Both the position numbers and the translations under genes were made by a program. This document shows positions 9,632-18,842 of a stretch of 64,000 nucleotides of DNA, in pieces (positions within the stretch are counted from its first letter, which is position 1; every line of letters starts with the position of its first letter). The stretch covers positions 178,120 to 242,119 of the forward strand of contig CAWEEA010000007.1 of NCBI GenBank assembly GCA_963807985.1, read 5' to 3'. The DNA is from an uncultured Alphaproteobacteria bacterium (lineage in GTDB: Bacteria; Pseudomonadota; Alphaproteobacteria; ATCC43930; CGMCC-115725). Under the pieces are notes generated by a model. That model made no database searches. It was not told where the DNA came from and worked only from the letters and a program-made list of their open reading frames with translations.

Positions 9632-10258
9632 TTGCAAGCGGACCATCACGCGGCGCTGCGGGAGAGGCTGGTGGATGCCGCCGAACGCACCATCGCCGAG
9701 AAAGGGCTTGGGGCCCTTAAGGCGCGCGACCTCGCCCGAGAGGCCGGGTGCGCGGTCGGTACGATCTATAATGTCTTCGAGCATCTCGACGAGCTAATTC
9801 TGTGCGTCGGATCGCGGACGTTGGCGATGCTCGACGCCGCGCTCGGGGTCGTCCGATCGGCAAGCCCATATGGTTCGACCGAGGAGGCCGTTGACGATCT
9901 GGGGCGGCTTGCCCTGGCCTATCTCGAATTCGCCGCCACGCACACGATCCGCTGGCGCGCACTCTTCGAGCACCGCATGAGCGAGGCCCGCCCGCTGCCG
10001 GACCGGTTCGTCGAGCAGCAGCACCGACTTTTCACGCAAGTCGAGCGGCCATTGGCGGCGCTGCTGCCCGAGCTTGAGCACGACGCCCGCCGGATCCTGG
10101 CGCGCACCGTATTTTCGGCGGTGCACGGCATCGTCGCGCTCGGGCTCGACGAAAAGCTCGTCTCGCTGCCGTTGCCGGCTCTCCGCAGTCAACTCGCTGC
10201 GACAGTGCGCGCGATTGCGACCGGCCGCCACGAGCTTCGCTCGCGCTGCCCGAGGTGA
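9632..10258 (+). CDS. TetR/AcrR-family transcriptional regulator
   Basis: 208-aa ORF with a TTG start 5 nt after GGAGG (9622-9626) and an N-terminal HTH (LGALKARDLAREAGCAVGTIYNVF). Confidence 0.85.
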   Translation: MQADHHAALRERLVDAAERTIAEKGLGALKARDLAREAGCAVGTIYNVFEHLDELILCVGSRTLAMLDAALGVVRSASPYGSTEEAVDDLGRLALAYLEFAATHTIRWRALFEHRMSEARPLPDRFVEQQHRLFTQVERPLAALLPELEHDARRILARTVFSAVHGIVALGLDEKLVSLPLPALRSQLAATVRAIATGRHELRSRCPR

Positions 10259-10329
10259 TGAAGCGGGTGATCGACGGGCTCGTCGCCGCCCGGACGACGC
10301 GCGGTCGAGTCCACCGGGGAGGCGCCTGT

Positions 10330-12450
10330 TTACATCGGGCGGCCGGGTTTGGCGTCGCGCAGGGGGGTGTTGGTTTCGGCCAGGTGCCGGAGCAGGGCGG
10401 CGGGGGCCCAGCGCTCACCGTAGCGCTGGTGCCAGGCGGCGATCTGGCGATAGACCTCGGCCACACCGATGCCGTCGGCCCAATACATCAGCCCACCGCG
10501 GTAGCGCGGAAAGCCGAAGCCGTTGAGCCACATCACATCGATGTCGCTGGCCCGGTAGGCCTTGCCTTCTTCAAGGATCTTGCAGGCTTCGTTGACCGAG
10601 GCGAACAGCAGCCGGCGCAGGATTTCCTCGTCGCCGAAGCTGCGCTGGGCTATCCCGAGTTCGGCCGCCTTTTCCTTGATCATGCGCGCGACTTCGGGAT
10701 CAGGGTGCGGGGTGCGGTCGCCCTTTTCGTAGCGGAACCAGCCGGCTCCGCTCTTCTGGCCCAACCGTCCGATTTCGACCAGATGGTCGGCGATCGGCAT
10801 TTTGCGATAGTTCGGGTTCTCGGCCGCGCGCCGCTGGCGGCTGTCATAACCGATGTCGAGCCCGGACAGGTCGGCGGTCGCGAACGGCCCGATCGGGTAG
10901 CCGAAATCGACCATTACCTTGTCGACCTGCTCGGGCAGGCAGCCCTCCTCGACCATGATGTTCATCTCGGTGCCGAACGGGGTGCGGCTGCGGTTGGCGA
11001 CAAAGCCGTCGCAATTGCCGGCCATCCCGCTGATCTTGCCGATCTTGCGGCCGAGATCCATCGCCGTCATCAGGGTGTCGGGCGCGCTTTTTGCCCCGCG
11101 CACCACCTCGAACAATTTCATGACGTTGGCCGGAGCGAAGAAATGCGTGCCGGCGACGTCCTGTGGACGTTTGGTGGCATTCGCCATGATGTCGATGTCG
11201 ATGCCCGAGGTGTTGGAGAATAACAGCGCCCCCGGCTTCATCGTTGCGTCGAGCTTGGCGAAGACCTCCTCTTTGACCGGGATGCGCTCGAACACCGCCT
11301 CGATGACGACGTCGGCCTGGGCGATATCATCGTAGCTCTGCACCCCTTCGATCAGTCCTAGCCGGCGCTCCATTTCCGCCGTCGAGAGGCTGCCGCGGCT
11401 GACGCTGGTCTGGTAATTGGCGCGAATGCGCGCGAGGCCGCGGGCCAGCGCGTCCTCGTCGACTTCGAGCAATTTCACCGGAAAGCCGAATTCGGCGAAG
11501 CTCATCGCGATGCCGCCGCCCATCGTGCCGGCGCCAACAATCGCCGCGGCCTTGATCAGGCGCAGCGGCGTGTCGCGCGGGATGTCGGGCAGCCGTGCTA
11601 CCTCGCGCTCGGCAAAGAAGGCATAGCGCAGGGCGCGCGCCTCGGCCGAGTTTTCGACCTCGTTGAACAGCTCGCGCTCGCGGGCAACGCCGTCGTCGAA
11701 CGGCATCGTGCAAGCATTTTCGACCGAGGCGATACATTGATAGGGTGCCTTCTGGTTGCGCGCGCGGCGGGCGATCGATTTGCGCATCGCGTCGAAGATG
11801 CCGGGATCGGCATTGGCCTCGGCGAGCTTTTCGTCATGGTCGCGGATGCGCGGCAACGGCCGGATGTCGGCGACGCGGCGGACAAAAGCGATAGCAGCTT
11901 GGCGCAGATCGGCGCCCTCGGGGACTAGTTCGTCGATGATGCCGAGGCGTTTTGCCTCCTCCGCAGGCACGTGACGGCCTGACACGATCATCTCGAGCGC
12001 GGCCTTCGGGCCGATCAGCCGCGGCAGCCGCTGGGTCCCGCCGCTTCCCGGGATGATGCCGATCAACACTTCGGGCAGCCCGACCTTCGCGCTCGGCACC
12101 TCAATGCGATAGTTGGAGGCGAGCGCAATCTCGAACCCGCCGCCCAAGGCATAGCCGTGGATCGCGGCGACGACCGGCTTCTGGCTGGCGTCGAGGACGT
12201 CATGCGCGCGCTTCCCCAAGACCGGCGGCGGGCGGTTGCCGAAAGTGCGGATATCGGCGCCGGCAATAAAGCTGCGGCCGGCGCCGATCAGCACCATCGC
12301 TTTTACCGCCGGATCGGCGTTGCCGCGCTCGATATTCTCGATGATGCCCTCGGGCACGCCCGGAGACAGCGCGTTGACCGGCGGGTTGTCGATCGTGATG
12401 ACGCCGATCCCGTCTACATTCTCAAACCGCACCAAGGTGTTTTCGGGCAT
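10330..12450 (-). CDS. multifunctional enoyl-CoA hydratase / 3-hydroxyacyl-CoA dehydrogenase (FadB/FadJ-like)
   Basis: ORF 10330..12474. Start is taken at MPENTLVRFENVDGIGVITIDNPPVNAL, with GGGAGG upstream. Crotonase fold is followed by a Rossmann motif (AAIVGAGTMGGGIA) and a 3-HCDH C-terminal domain. Confidence 0.9.
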   Translation of the reverse strand: MPENTLVRFENVDGIGVITIDNPPVNALSPGVPEGIIENIERGNADPAVKAMVLIGAGRSFIAGADIRTFGNRPPPVLGKRAHDVLDASQKPVVAAIHGYALGGGFEIALASNYRIEVPSAKVGLPEVLIGIIPGSGGTQRLPRLIGPKAALEMIVSGRHVPAEEAKRLGIIDELVPEGADLRQAAIAFVRRVADIRPLPRIRDHDEKLAEANADPGIFDAMRKSIARRARNQKAPYQCIASVENACTMPFDDGVARERELFNEVENSAEARALRYAFFAEREVARLPDIPRDTPLRLIKAAAIVGAGTMGGGIAMSFAEFGFPVKLLEVDEDALARGLARIRANYQTSVSRGSLSTAEMERRLGLIEGVQSYDDIAQADVVIEAVFERIPVKEEVFAKLDATMKPGALLFSNTSGIDIDIMANATKRPQDVAGTHFFAPANVMKLFEVVRGAKSAPDTLMTAMDLGRKIGKISGMAGNCDGFVANRSRTPFGTEMNIMVEEGCLPEQVDKVMVDFGYPIGPFATADLSGLDIGYDSRQRRAAENPNYRKMPIADHLVEIGRLGQKSGAGWFRYEKGDRTPHPDPEVARMIKEKAAELGIAQRSFGDEEILRRLLFASVNEACKILEEGKAYRASDIDVMWLNGFGFPRYRGGLMYWADGIGVAEVYRQIAAWHQRYGERWAPAALLRHLAETNTPLRDAKPGRPM

Positions 12451-12546
12451 GTCCCGTCCTCCCGCTCGATTCATTCACCAGTGAGGCAGCGAGACGTTTC
12501 ATAACATCAGCCGCCGCATGCCGTCCTTTGGCAGGTTGTACCGAAG

Positions 12547-13296
12547 CTAAGCAACCGCCATCTGCTGGCGTGGTTGAAATTGCCAGATGCCGATAGAGCC
12601 ATTATCGCGCGCGGTAAACCATCCCTTGCCGTCTGAGAGAACCGGACCGACGGTCTCAATCCATACACGCGCTCCTGTGTCATCATCCGCCGTCCATGGC
12701 AGCGGGCAACCGAGGCTAGAAAATATTCGGCATGGTCCGACTATATTCATTTGCCATGAGCAGAAAGAACGCCAATCCCACTTCGCGTTCTCGCATCGAT
12801 ACAGATGAACCGTTAGCGGCGGTCGCTTCCCCTTTTTTAGGAATCGGAGTTGAATATATAAATATAATAAATCCTTATTCTTGTATGGCGCGTCTATCGT
12901 GGAATCAATCTTCGCCACGTTATCTGTGGTGTCGATCCAGATGCTGTGCGGCTTTCTGCCGTGTTCATAATAGATTTTTGAGGGATCAGCTAGGTCCACT
13001 CCGTAGACCCATTGATCGCAGCCGCGCCGCTGAAGCCCTATCGGCGGCTTTGCGGAGGATCTTGGCAGTTGTCGGCGGCTGATAGGAATGTTTCCCTTTA
13101 TCCGATCCCGGCTGACCATATCAGAGCCATCTGCCGTTTCCAGACATGTGTCGCGGTCTTCCCTAGCTGGCCCCGAGCCGTCCCCAATCCTAGTCACACT
13201 GCGGATCTGGGTTCGTGAATGGGGATATTGCGCGTTTTTGCGCTGCGTTGCCGCGCGCTCGGCCTCTCGTTGTCTAACTGCCTCTTTGTTTAACAA
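12547..13296 (-). CDS. hypothetical protein of no recognised family, with an AT-rich core and uncertain start
   Basis: 249-aa ORF lying 4 nt after the thiolase stop and 73 nt before the FadB-like start. The track start is a TTG; the first internal ATG is MVSRDRIK. The stretch ~12780-12990 is conspicuously AT-rich relative to its surroundings. Confidence 0.35.
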   Translation of the reverse strand: MLNKEAVRQREAERAATQRKNAQYPHSRTQIRSVTRIGDGSGPAREDRDTCLETADGSDMVSRDRIKGNIPISRRQLPRSSAKPPIGLQRRGCDQWVYGVDLADPSKIYYEHGRKPHSIWIDTTDNVAKIDSTIDAPYKNKDLLYLYIQLRFLKKGKRPPLTVHLYRCENAKWDWRSFCSWQMNIVGPCRIFSSLGCPLPWTADDDTGARVWIETVGPVLSDGKGWFTARDNGSIGIWQFQPRQQMAVA

Positions 13297-13299
13297 GAA

Positions 13300-14454
13300 T
13301 TATACCGTGGCTTGAGTGCCGAGAATCACGGTGGCCTGCGAGGACAGCACACCGCCATTGCCATGCGCTAGTGCGACTTCGCAGTCGGCCACCTGGCGGG
13401 CGCCGCATTCGCCGCGCAGTTGGCGGGTCGCCTCAATCAGTAGAAAGAGGCCGTACATGCCGGGATGGCAATAGGACAGGCCGCCACCATTGGTGTTGAC
13501 CGGTAGGCTACCGCCCGGCGCGATCCGGCCGCCCTCGACAAAAGAGCCGCCCTCGCCCTTTGGGCAGAGGCCGAGGTCTTCGAGGAACAGGATCGTGTTG
13601 ATCGTGAACGCGTCATAGAGTTCGAGCACATCGATATCGCCGGGGCCGAGTTCGGCCATCTGATAGGCAGCACGGCCGGAGGTAAGGGCGCCGGTCACGG
13701 TCAGGTCCGGCATGCTCGAAATGTTGGCGTGGGTGATCGCCTGACCGGTCCCGAGCACATAGGCCGGCGGCTTTTTCAAGGAGTGGGCGCGGTCGGCGGA
13801 GGTCATGATCACCGCGCCGCCGCCGTCGGTCACCAGGCAGATGTCGCGCACGGTGAACGGATAGCTGACCATCCGCGCCGCCAGCACCTCGGCGATCGTC
13901 AACGGCTTCTTTTCCCAGGCGACCGGGTTTAAGAGGGCCCATTGGCGCGCCGCGACCGCGACCGCGGCCAATTGCTCGCGCGTGGTGCCGAACTCGTACA
14001 TGTGACGCGAGGCGGCCAGCGCATAGGCGGTCGACGGCAGGAACGGCCGAAACGGCGTCTCATAGGGGTTATATTCACGCACCGAGGCGTGACGCCGCCC
14101 GATCGTGCGCTGGGTACTGCCATAGGCGATGACCGCGACCTTGCACAGCCCGAGCTGCAACGCCGCCTGGGCATGCGCCACGTGGAACATGAAGGACGAG
14201 CCGCCGAGGATCGTCGTGTCGACGAAGGCCGGCGAGATCCCGAGATATTCGGCGAGTGCCAAGCCCGAGGTACGGCTCTGCGCGGTTGCGCAGATCAGGC
14301 CGTCGATGTCGCCCAGCGCGAGCCCGCAATCGGCGAGGGCGCGATGGATGCCTTGCGCCATCAAATCGATCGGGCTCATCTCGGCGGCGACGGCGCCCAG
14401 ATCGGATTCGGCGACGCCGACGATCGCGGCACTGCCGCGCTGCAGCCCGTCCAT
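13300..14454 (-). CDS. thiolase-fold protein (SCP-x/lipid-transfer type that pairs with DUF35 proteins)
   Basis: ORF 13300..14601. Start is taken at MDGLQRGSAAIVGVAESDLG, whose ATG overlaps the upstream stop (ATGA). Ends ...NTNGGGLSYCHPGMYGLFLL..., typical of this thiolase subgroup. Confidence 0.8.
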   Translation of the reverse strand: MDGLQRGSAAIVGVAESDLGAVAAEMSPIDLMAQGIHRALADCGLALGDIDGLICATAQSRTSGLALAEYLGISPAFVDTTILGGSSFMFHVAHAQAALQLGLCKVAVIAYGSTQRTIGRRHASVREYNPYETPFRPFLPSTAYALAASRHMYEFGTTREQLAAVAVAARQWALLNPVAWEKKPLTIAEVLAARMVSYPFTVRDICLVTDGGGAVIMTSADRAHSLKKPPAYVLGTGQAITHANISSMPDLTVTGALTSGRAAYQMAELGPGDIDVLELYDAFTINTILFLEDLGLCPKGEGGSFVEGGRIAPGGSLPVNTNGGGLSYCHPGMYGLFLLIEATRQLRGECGARQVADCEVALAHGNGGVLSSQATVILGTQATV

Positions 14455-14837
14455 CAGGCGCCCTCGACGGGTGCGAAGACCGGATAGGCCGGCTCGTCGC
14501 CAGCAGGACGATGGATCCGGAACTTGACGCGCATGCCGATAACCACCGCCTCGGGCGCTACATCCTCGACCCGGCTCATCAGCCGGAAGCCCTCGTCGCA
14601 ATCGATCAGGGCGACGTTGTATGGAGCCCCCTCGCGCGGATGTGTGACCGTCGTCGCATAGACCGTTCCGAGCCCGGCGCTAACCCGCCACTCGAGCCGG
14701 TCGCTGCCGGTGAACGGGCAGATCACGCGCGGGAAGAACACCGCCCGGTTGGCTTCAAGGCTCCATTGATAGGCCAACTCGCCGCGCTCGAGATACGACT
14801 GATAGACCGCAAGCGGCGATTGCGATATCCGATCCAT
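14454..14837 (-). CDS. DUF35 OB-fold protein (thiolase partner)
   Basis: 127-aa ORF. YQSYLERGELAYQWS...FFPRVICPFTGS...LEWRVSAGLGTVYATTV is the usual DUF35 layout. It is translationally coupled to the thiolase gene. Confidence 0.75.
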   Translation of the reverse strand: MDRISQSPLAVYQSYLERGELAYQWSLEANRAVFFPRVICPFTGSDRLEWRVSAGLGTVYATTVTHPREGAPYNVALIDCDEGFRLMSRVEDVAPEAVVIGMRVKFRIHRPAGDEPAYPVFAPVEGA

Positions 14838-14940
14838 TCCCCCGCCCTTTCTCGAAGCACCGCATTGTGTCGGGTCATACCCGCAGCGGCAAGCCCTGGG
14901 TCGGGCGGTGACTCCCGTCTGACGCTCGCGGCGGGCCGGC

Positions 14941-15204
14941 TCAGCTCAGAGAGATCAGGGTCCCGATCAGGTCGGCCGGCCAGACCAGGCTGACCGGCGC
15001 GCTGGTAAGGGCCGCGCCGAAGGACGGGTCGCCTCGGGCGATGTCGAACGCCATGTGGTGACTGAAATGCGCCAGCACGCCCGCTAGGTATAGCCCGGTT
15101 GCCCATTTCCAGGCGTGGTGATGCTGTCGCGTGCGACCTGGCTTTGCAGGCGCAAAGGAGAAGACTCGGCGTCCGAATTTGGGCAGTCCCGGCGGGCCGA
15201 TCAT
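14941..15204 (-). CDS. possible small hypothetical protein
   Basis: 87-aa ORF in an otherwise unassigned gap. One hydrophobic stretch; no motif recognised. Confidence 0.25.
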   Translation of the reverse strand: MIGPPGLPKFGRRVFSFAPAKPGRTRQHHHAWKWATGLYLAGVLAHFSHHMAFDIARGDPSFGAALTSAPVSLVWPADLIGTLISLS

Positions 15205-15360
15205 AATCTCACCTGGTCGTTTACTTTGCCGCGAACAAAGCTACGCGAAAACCGGCCGCACTGCCCTTGAAGATCGGAACGACATTCCGCGGCGAAGAGC
15301 GACCGCTGTTCCATGATACTCGGCGTGGTCGGCGCCGTCATCATGCTAGTCACCGGCTAG

Positions 15361-16128
15361 TCACCGGCCGCCGCTCTGGAACCCCGCGGCGGCAAGAGTA
15401 TATAGCCCAGCCGCCCCGAGCAGGCCAATGGCGAGGGCGGCAAAAGCGTCCTCGCCGAGGCGATCGCCGAGCGGCCGACCAACGAGCCCGCCGACCAGAG
15501 CGAACGGGATCAGGAAGCCGGCTGCGATCCAGGTCGGCGCCGCAACGCCGATAGTCGCCGCATGGGCGGCGAGCGTCACCGTATAGCTCAGTGCGAAGAA
15601 CGCCAGCAATGTCGCGCGCACGGTCCCCGGTGGCGCTCCGGTAAGCATCAGATAGATCAGCACCGGGGGTCCCGACATCCCGACAAGCGCGGTAGCGGCG
15701 CCGGACACCGCCCCGGCGGCAAGATCGCGCCCGGGTATCATGGCGAGCGTCGTGCGCTTGCCGCGGCGCGAGCCTCGCCGCATCGCTGCGATCACCACCG
15801 CGAAGGCAAGCACCGTCATCCCGGCCGCCACTCGCACCAGCCGGGGATCGCTATGGCGGAAGGCGAGCAATCCGAGCGGCAGCCCGAGCAAGCTGCCTCC
15901 TGTCAGCCGCAACAGCAGTCGCGGCGCGATCGCCCGCCACAATCGCGGCAGCACGACGATGGAAAGGGCCGCGGTGACGATTATGACGAGCTGGATCGCG
16001 CGCACCGGCTCGACCAGCAACAGAAATAGCGGCGCCGCAACGACGGCGAAGCCGAAGCCGCCGACAGCCTGAAGCACCGCCGCGCCAAAGGTCACAACCG
16101 CCAAAGCGGCCCAGTCGAAAAGGCTCAT
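15361..16128 (-). CDS. TauE/SafE-family anion (sulfite) exporter
   Basis: 255-aa polytopic ORF with the two-fold internal repeat of 4-TM units typical of TauE/SafE. Confidence 0.8.
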   Translation of the reverse strand: MSLFDWAALAVVTFGAAVLQAVGGFGFAVVAAPLFLLLVEPVRAIQLVIIVTAALSIVVLPRLWRAIAPRLLLRLTGGSLLGLPLGLLAFRHSDPRLVRVAAGMTVLAFAVVIAAMRRGSRRGKRTTLAMIPGRDLAAGAVSGAATALVGMSGPPVLIYLMLTGAPPGTVRATLLAFFALSYTVTLAAHAATIGVAAPTWIAAGFLIPFALVGGLVGRPLGDRLGEDAFAALAIGLLGAAGLYTLAAAGFQSGGR

Positions 16129-16171
16129 TTGCCGCGTTCGTCGAGGGTTCGACTGCCGTATCGCAGAAAAA

Positions 16172-17374
16172 CTAGCGTCGCGGCAGCGCCGAACGGAGCG
16201 CCCAGGTGAGCGGCAAGGTCAGCAGCACAACAGCAGCGATAAGCACCATCATCCGCGGCACTCCGGCGGCGTCGCTGACCAGCCCATAAAGCGCTGGAGA
16301 CAATGCGCCGGCGCCGATCGTTCCGGTATAGAAGATGCTGAAGGCGCGCCCGCGGCGCTCGGGAGCGACGAGCTCGGGCACCGTCCCGTACAGCACCGAA
16401 GAGGTGCCGTTGAGTGCTACGCCGATCAGCGGCAGCACCGCCAGCCCCGCCGCGAGAGGCAGGGGCAACAGGATCAAGATCCCAGCGGCGGTCAGGCCTT
16501 CGGTCAGAAAGACGGCGGGAACAACCCCGAGCCGCGCGCCGAGAAAACCGCAGACAAGCTTACCCGCCGCACCACCGGCGAAGATCGAGGTCAACGCCAC
16601 GCCGATTACCGGCAAATCGGCGCCTTTTGCCCGCAGCAAAAATGGCAGAAAGGTCAAAAAACCCATTCGCGTCGCGCTGTCGATGATGCCGATCGCCAGC
16701 AACAGCGGAAAGCCATGTCCGGCCACCGGCGACGACCCCGGCACGGAAGTCTCGGCATGGCCGGTGACAGCCGCGGTCTCGTCCGGCAGGCCACGCCGCG
16801 ACAGAAAGATCGCGATCGCCGCGGCCAAGCCCACGATGCCCAACAGTGTCGTCGCCGACCGCCACGGCATCATGGCGACCAGCCACGCGGTGGCGGCGGG
16901 CATCGCCATCTTGCCGAGATCGCCGGAGAAATTGTAGCTGGCGAGGGCGCCGCGCGAGCGCTGCCCGGCAAAGCTGCGGGCGACGAGACTGGCGGCGATC
17001 GGATGCTGGACGCTCGAACCGAGGCCGCCGATGACAAGGGCTGCGGTCAGCATCGCAAAACCGGTGCCGGCGCCGGCGAGGAGATAGCCGATGCCGGCGA
17101 GCGCGGTGCCGGCCGCCAGCAGCGCAGGACCGCCGACACGCTCGGCGAGCTGACCAGCGGGGACCTGAAACCCGGCCATCGACCCGGCATAGAGGGCGCG
17201 CAGAATGCCGATCTCGGCATAGCCAAGGCCAAACTCCGCCTGCCACAACGGCAACAGCACATAGAGCAGATCGGTAAAGCCGTCGTGCAACGCGTGGGCG
17301 CCGCAGGCCACGGCCATCGTCCGCCGTTGCCCGCCGCGATCGACGCTGCGGACCAGTGCCGTAACCAGAGACAA
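16172..17374 (-). CDS. MFS transporter
   Basis: 400-aa ORF with ~12 hydrophobic segments and an MFS-like loop (GQLAERVGGP). Confidence 0.85.
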   Translation of the reverse strand: MSLVTALVRSVDRGGQRRTMAVACGAHALHDGFTDLLYVLLPLWQAEFGLGYAEIGILRALYAGSMAGFQVPAGQLAERVGGPALLAAGTALAGIGYLLAGAGTGFAMLTAALVIGGLGSSVQHPIAASLVARSFAGQRSRGALASYNFSGDLGKMAMPAATAWLVAMMPWRSATTLLGIVGLAAAIAIFLSRRGLPDETAAVTGHAETSVPGSSPVAGHGFPLLLAIGIIDSATRMGFLTFLPFLLRAKGADLPVIGVALTSIFAGGAAGKLVCGFLGARLGVVPAVFLTEGLTAAGILILLPLPLAAGLAVLPLIGVALNGTSSVLYGTVPELVAPERRGRAFSIFYTGTIGAGALSPALYGLVSDAAGVPRMMVLIAAVVLLTLPLTWALRSALPRR

Positions 17375-17500
17375 TCCACACTCCTTTGCCGCCGATCAGC
17401 CCGGATCGTGGCCTGCGGCGCCGGCGAATACAATTGTTTCCAAATTATGACAGGCCGGCGACGGCGGAATGGGTGCCCGGACGACCGCCGCGGCAGTGTC

Positions 17501-17842
17501 TTACGGGGTTTTGTGGGTGGCGGCGCTACGGCGGGGCGCCGGCCCGTCCCTGCGCACGGCGAAGGCGCCGGCGATCGTCTCGACCCGATAACCGCAGCAA
17601 AACCGGGCGACAAAGGCGTGAGCGAACGCTGCATCGGCAAAATAAAAGGCGATCGCATCGTTGACAACGCCAACGCTCCCGGCCGGCGCTGCCGCCCAAC
17701 CCCTGGCGCCGCAGGTGTCGTCGAGCCAGGCGTGCATCAGGGCGAGTTGTTGTCCCAGGCCCTCCGGCGGTACCGCGATGCGCACCCGCACCGGATAGCG
17801 CCGCTCGGCTTCGCGCTGCTGATGTTGTGATGATCGAGCCAT
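17501..17842 (-). CDS. hypothetical protein
   Basis: 113-aa ORF in a gap between assigned genes. No family recognised. Confidence 0.45.
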   Translation of the reverse strand: MARSSQHQQREAERRYPVRVRIAVPPEGLGQQLALMHAWLDDTCGARGWAAAPAGSVGVVNDAIAFYFADAAFAHAFVARFCCGYRVETIAGAFAVRRDGPAPRRSAATHKTP

Positions 17843-18002
17843 GCGACGTCTTCATTCATGATCTGTTCTACAGAGGATTATCATGGCGCCGCCAACCCTG
17901 TCGATAGGCGGCGCAACCGCTTCCGAGCGCGAGCCGCGCGGCTTGACCTCCGATTGCCCACGCGTCAGGGTTGACGACACGGGTGGCTGGCGGGGGCAGG
18001 GC

Positions 18003-18785
18003 ATGAGCGAGCCGCGGACAATCTCGATCGACATCAACGGGTTTCCCGCTCGGGTGTGGCAGAAAGGCGAAGGCCCGAAGCTCGGCTTTCTGGCCGGCTT
18101 TGGCGGGCTGCCGCGCTGGGTCCCGTTTCTCGACGCGCTGGCGCGTGAGCGCACGGTGATCGTGCCCTCTCTGCCGGGGTCCCCGGGCGGCGATCGCGGG
18201 CATACCGTGCTCGACAGCCATCTCGACTGGGTTTTGGCGGTCCGGCAGCTGCTGCAAAAGGCCGGTCTCGACGGCGCCGACCTTGCCGGCGGCTCGGTCG
18301 GCGGCTCGTTCGTTGCCGAGATCGCGGCGATTTGGCCGCAATCCGTGCGTCGGCTCGCCCTGATCGCGCCGTGGGGCCTGTTCGACGACAAGGAGCCGCC
18401 GACCGACCCTTGGGCACAGCGTCCGCCCGAGGTGCCGGCGCTGTTGTGCGCCGATCCGGAGCGCTGGAATGAGCTCAAGGCCGCGCCCGAGGGCGCCAAT
18501 TCGCCAGAATGGCCGATCGAGCAGACCCGTGCGGCCGAGGCGGCGGCCCGCGCCTTCTGGCCGCTCGGCAACACCAGGCTCGAAAAACGCCTGCCGCTGA
18601 TCAGCGCTCCGACCCTGCTGATCTGGGGCGCTGAGGACAAGATTATGCCGCGCAGCTACGCCGACCGCTTCGCGAACGCGATCACCGGCCGCACCGAGGT
18701 CGCGACGATATCGGGGGCGGGCCATCTGGCCGAACTCGACAAGCCCGACGAGGTCGCCGCAGCGATCCTGCGCTGGACCGACTGA
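18003..18785 (+). CDS. alpha/beta-fold hydrolase
   Basis: ORF 17883..18785. Start is taken at MSEPRTISIDINGFPARVW. Nucleophile elbow GGSVGG; C-terminal ...GAGHLAELDKPDEV (catalytic His region). Confidence 0.8.
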   Translation: MSEPRTISIDINGFPARVWQKGEGPKLGFLAGFGGLPRWVPFLDALARERTVIVPSLPGSPGGDRGHTVLDSHLDWVLAVRQLLQKAGLDGADLAGGSVGGSFVAEIAAIWPQSVRRLALIAPWGLFDDKEPPTDPWAQRPPEVPALLCADPERWNELKAAPEGANSPEWPIEQTRAAEAAARAFWPLGNTRLEKRLPLISAPTLLIWGAEDKIMPRSYADRFANAITGRTEVATISGAGHLAELDKPDEVAAAILRWTD

Positions 18786-18842
18786 AGCATTTTCTCCGCC
18801 CGTAATCACCCGCCACGCGAGCATCAGGACAGGGGGGCGAAT

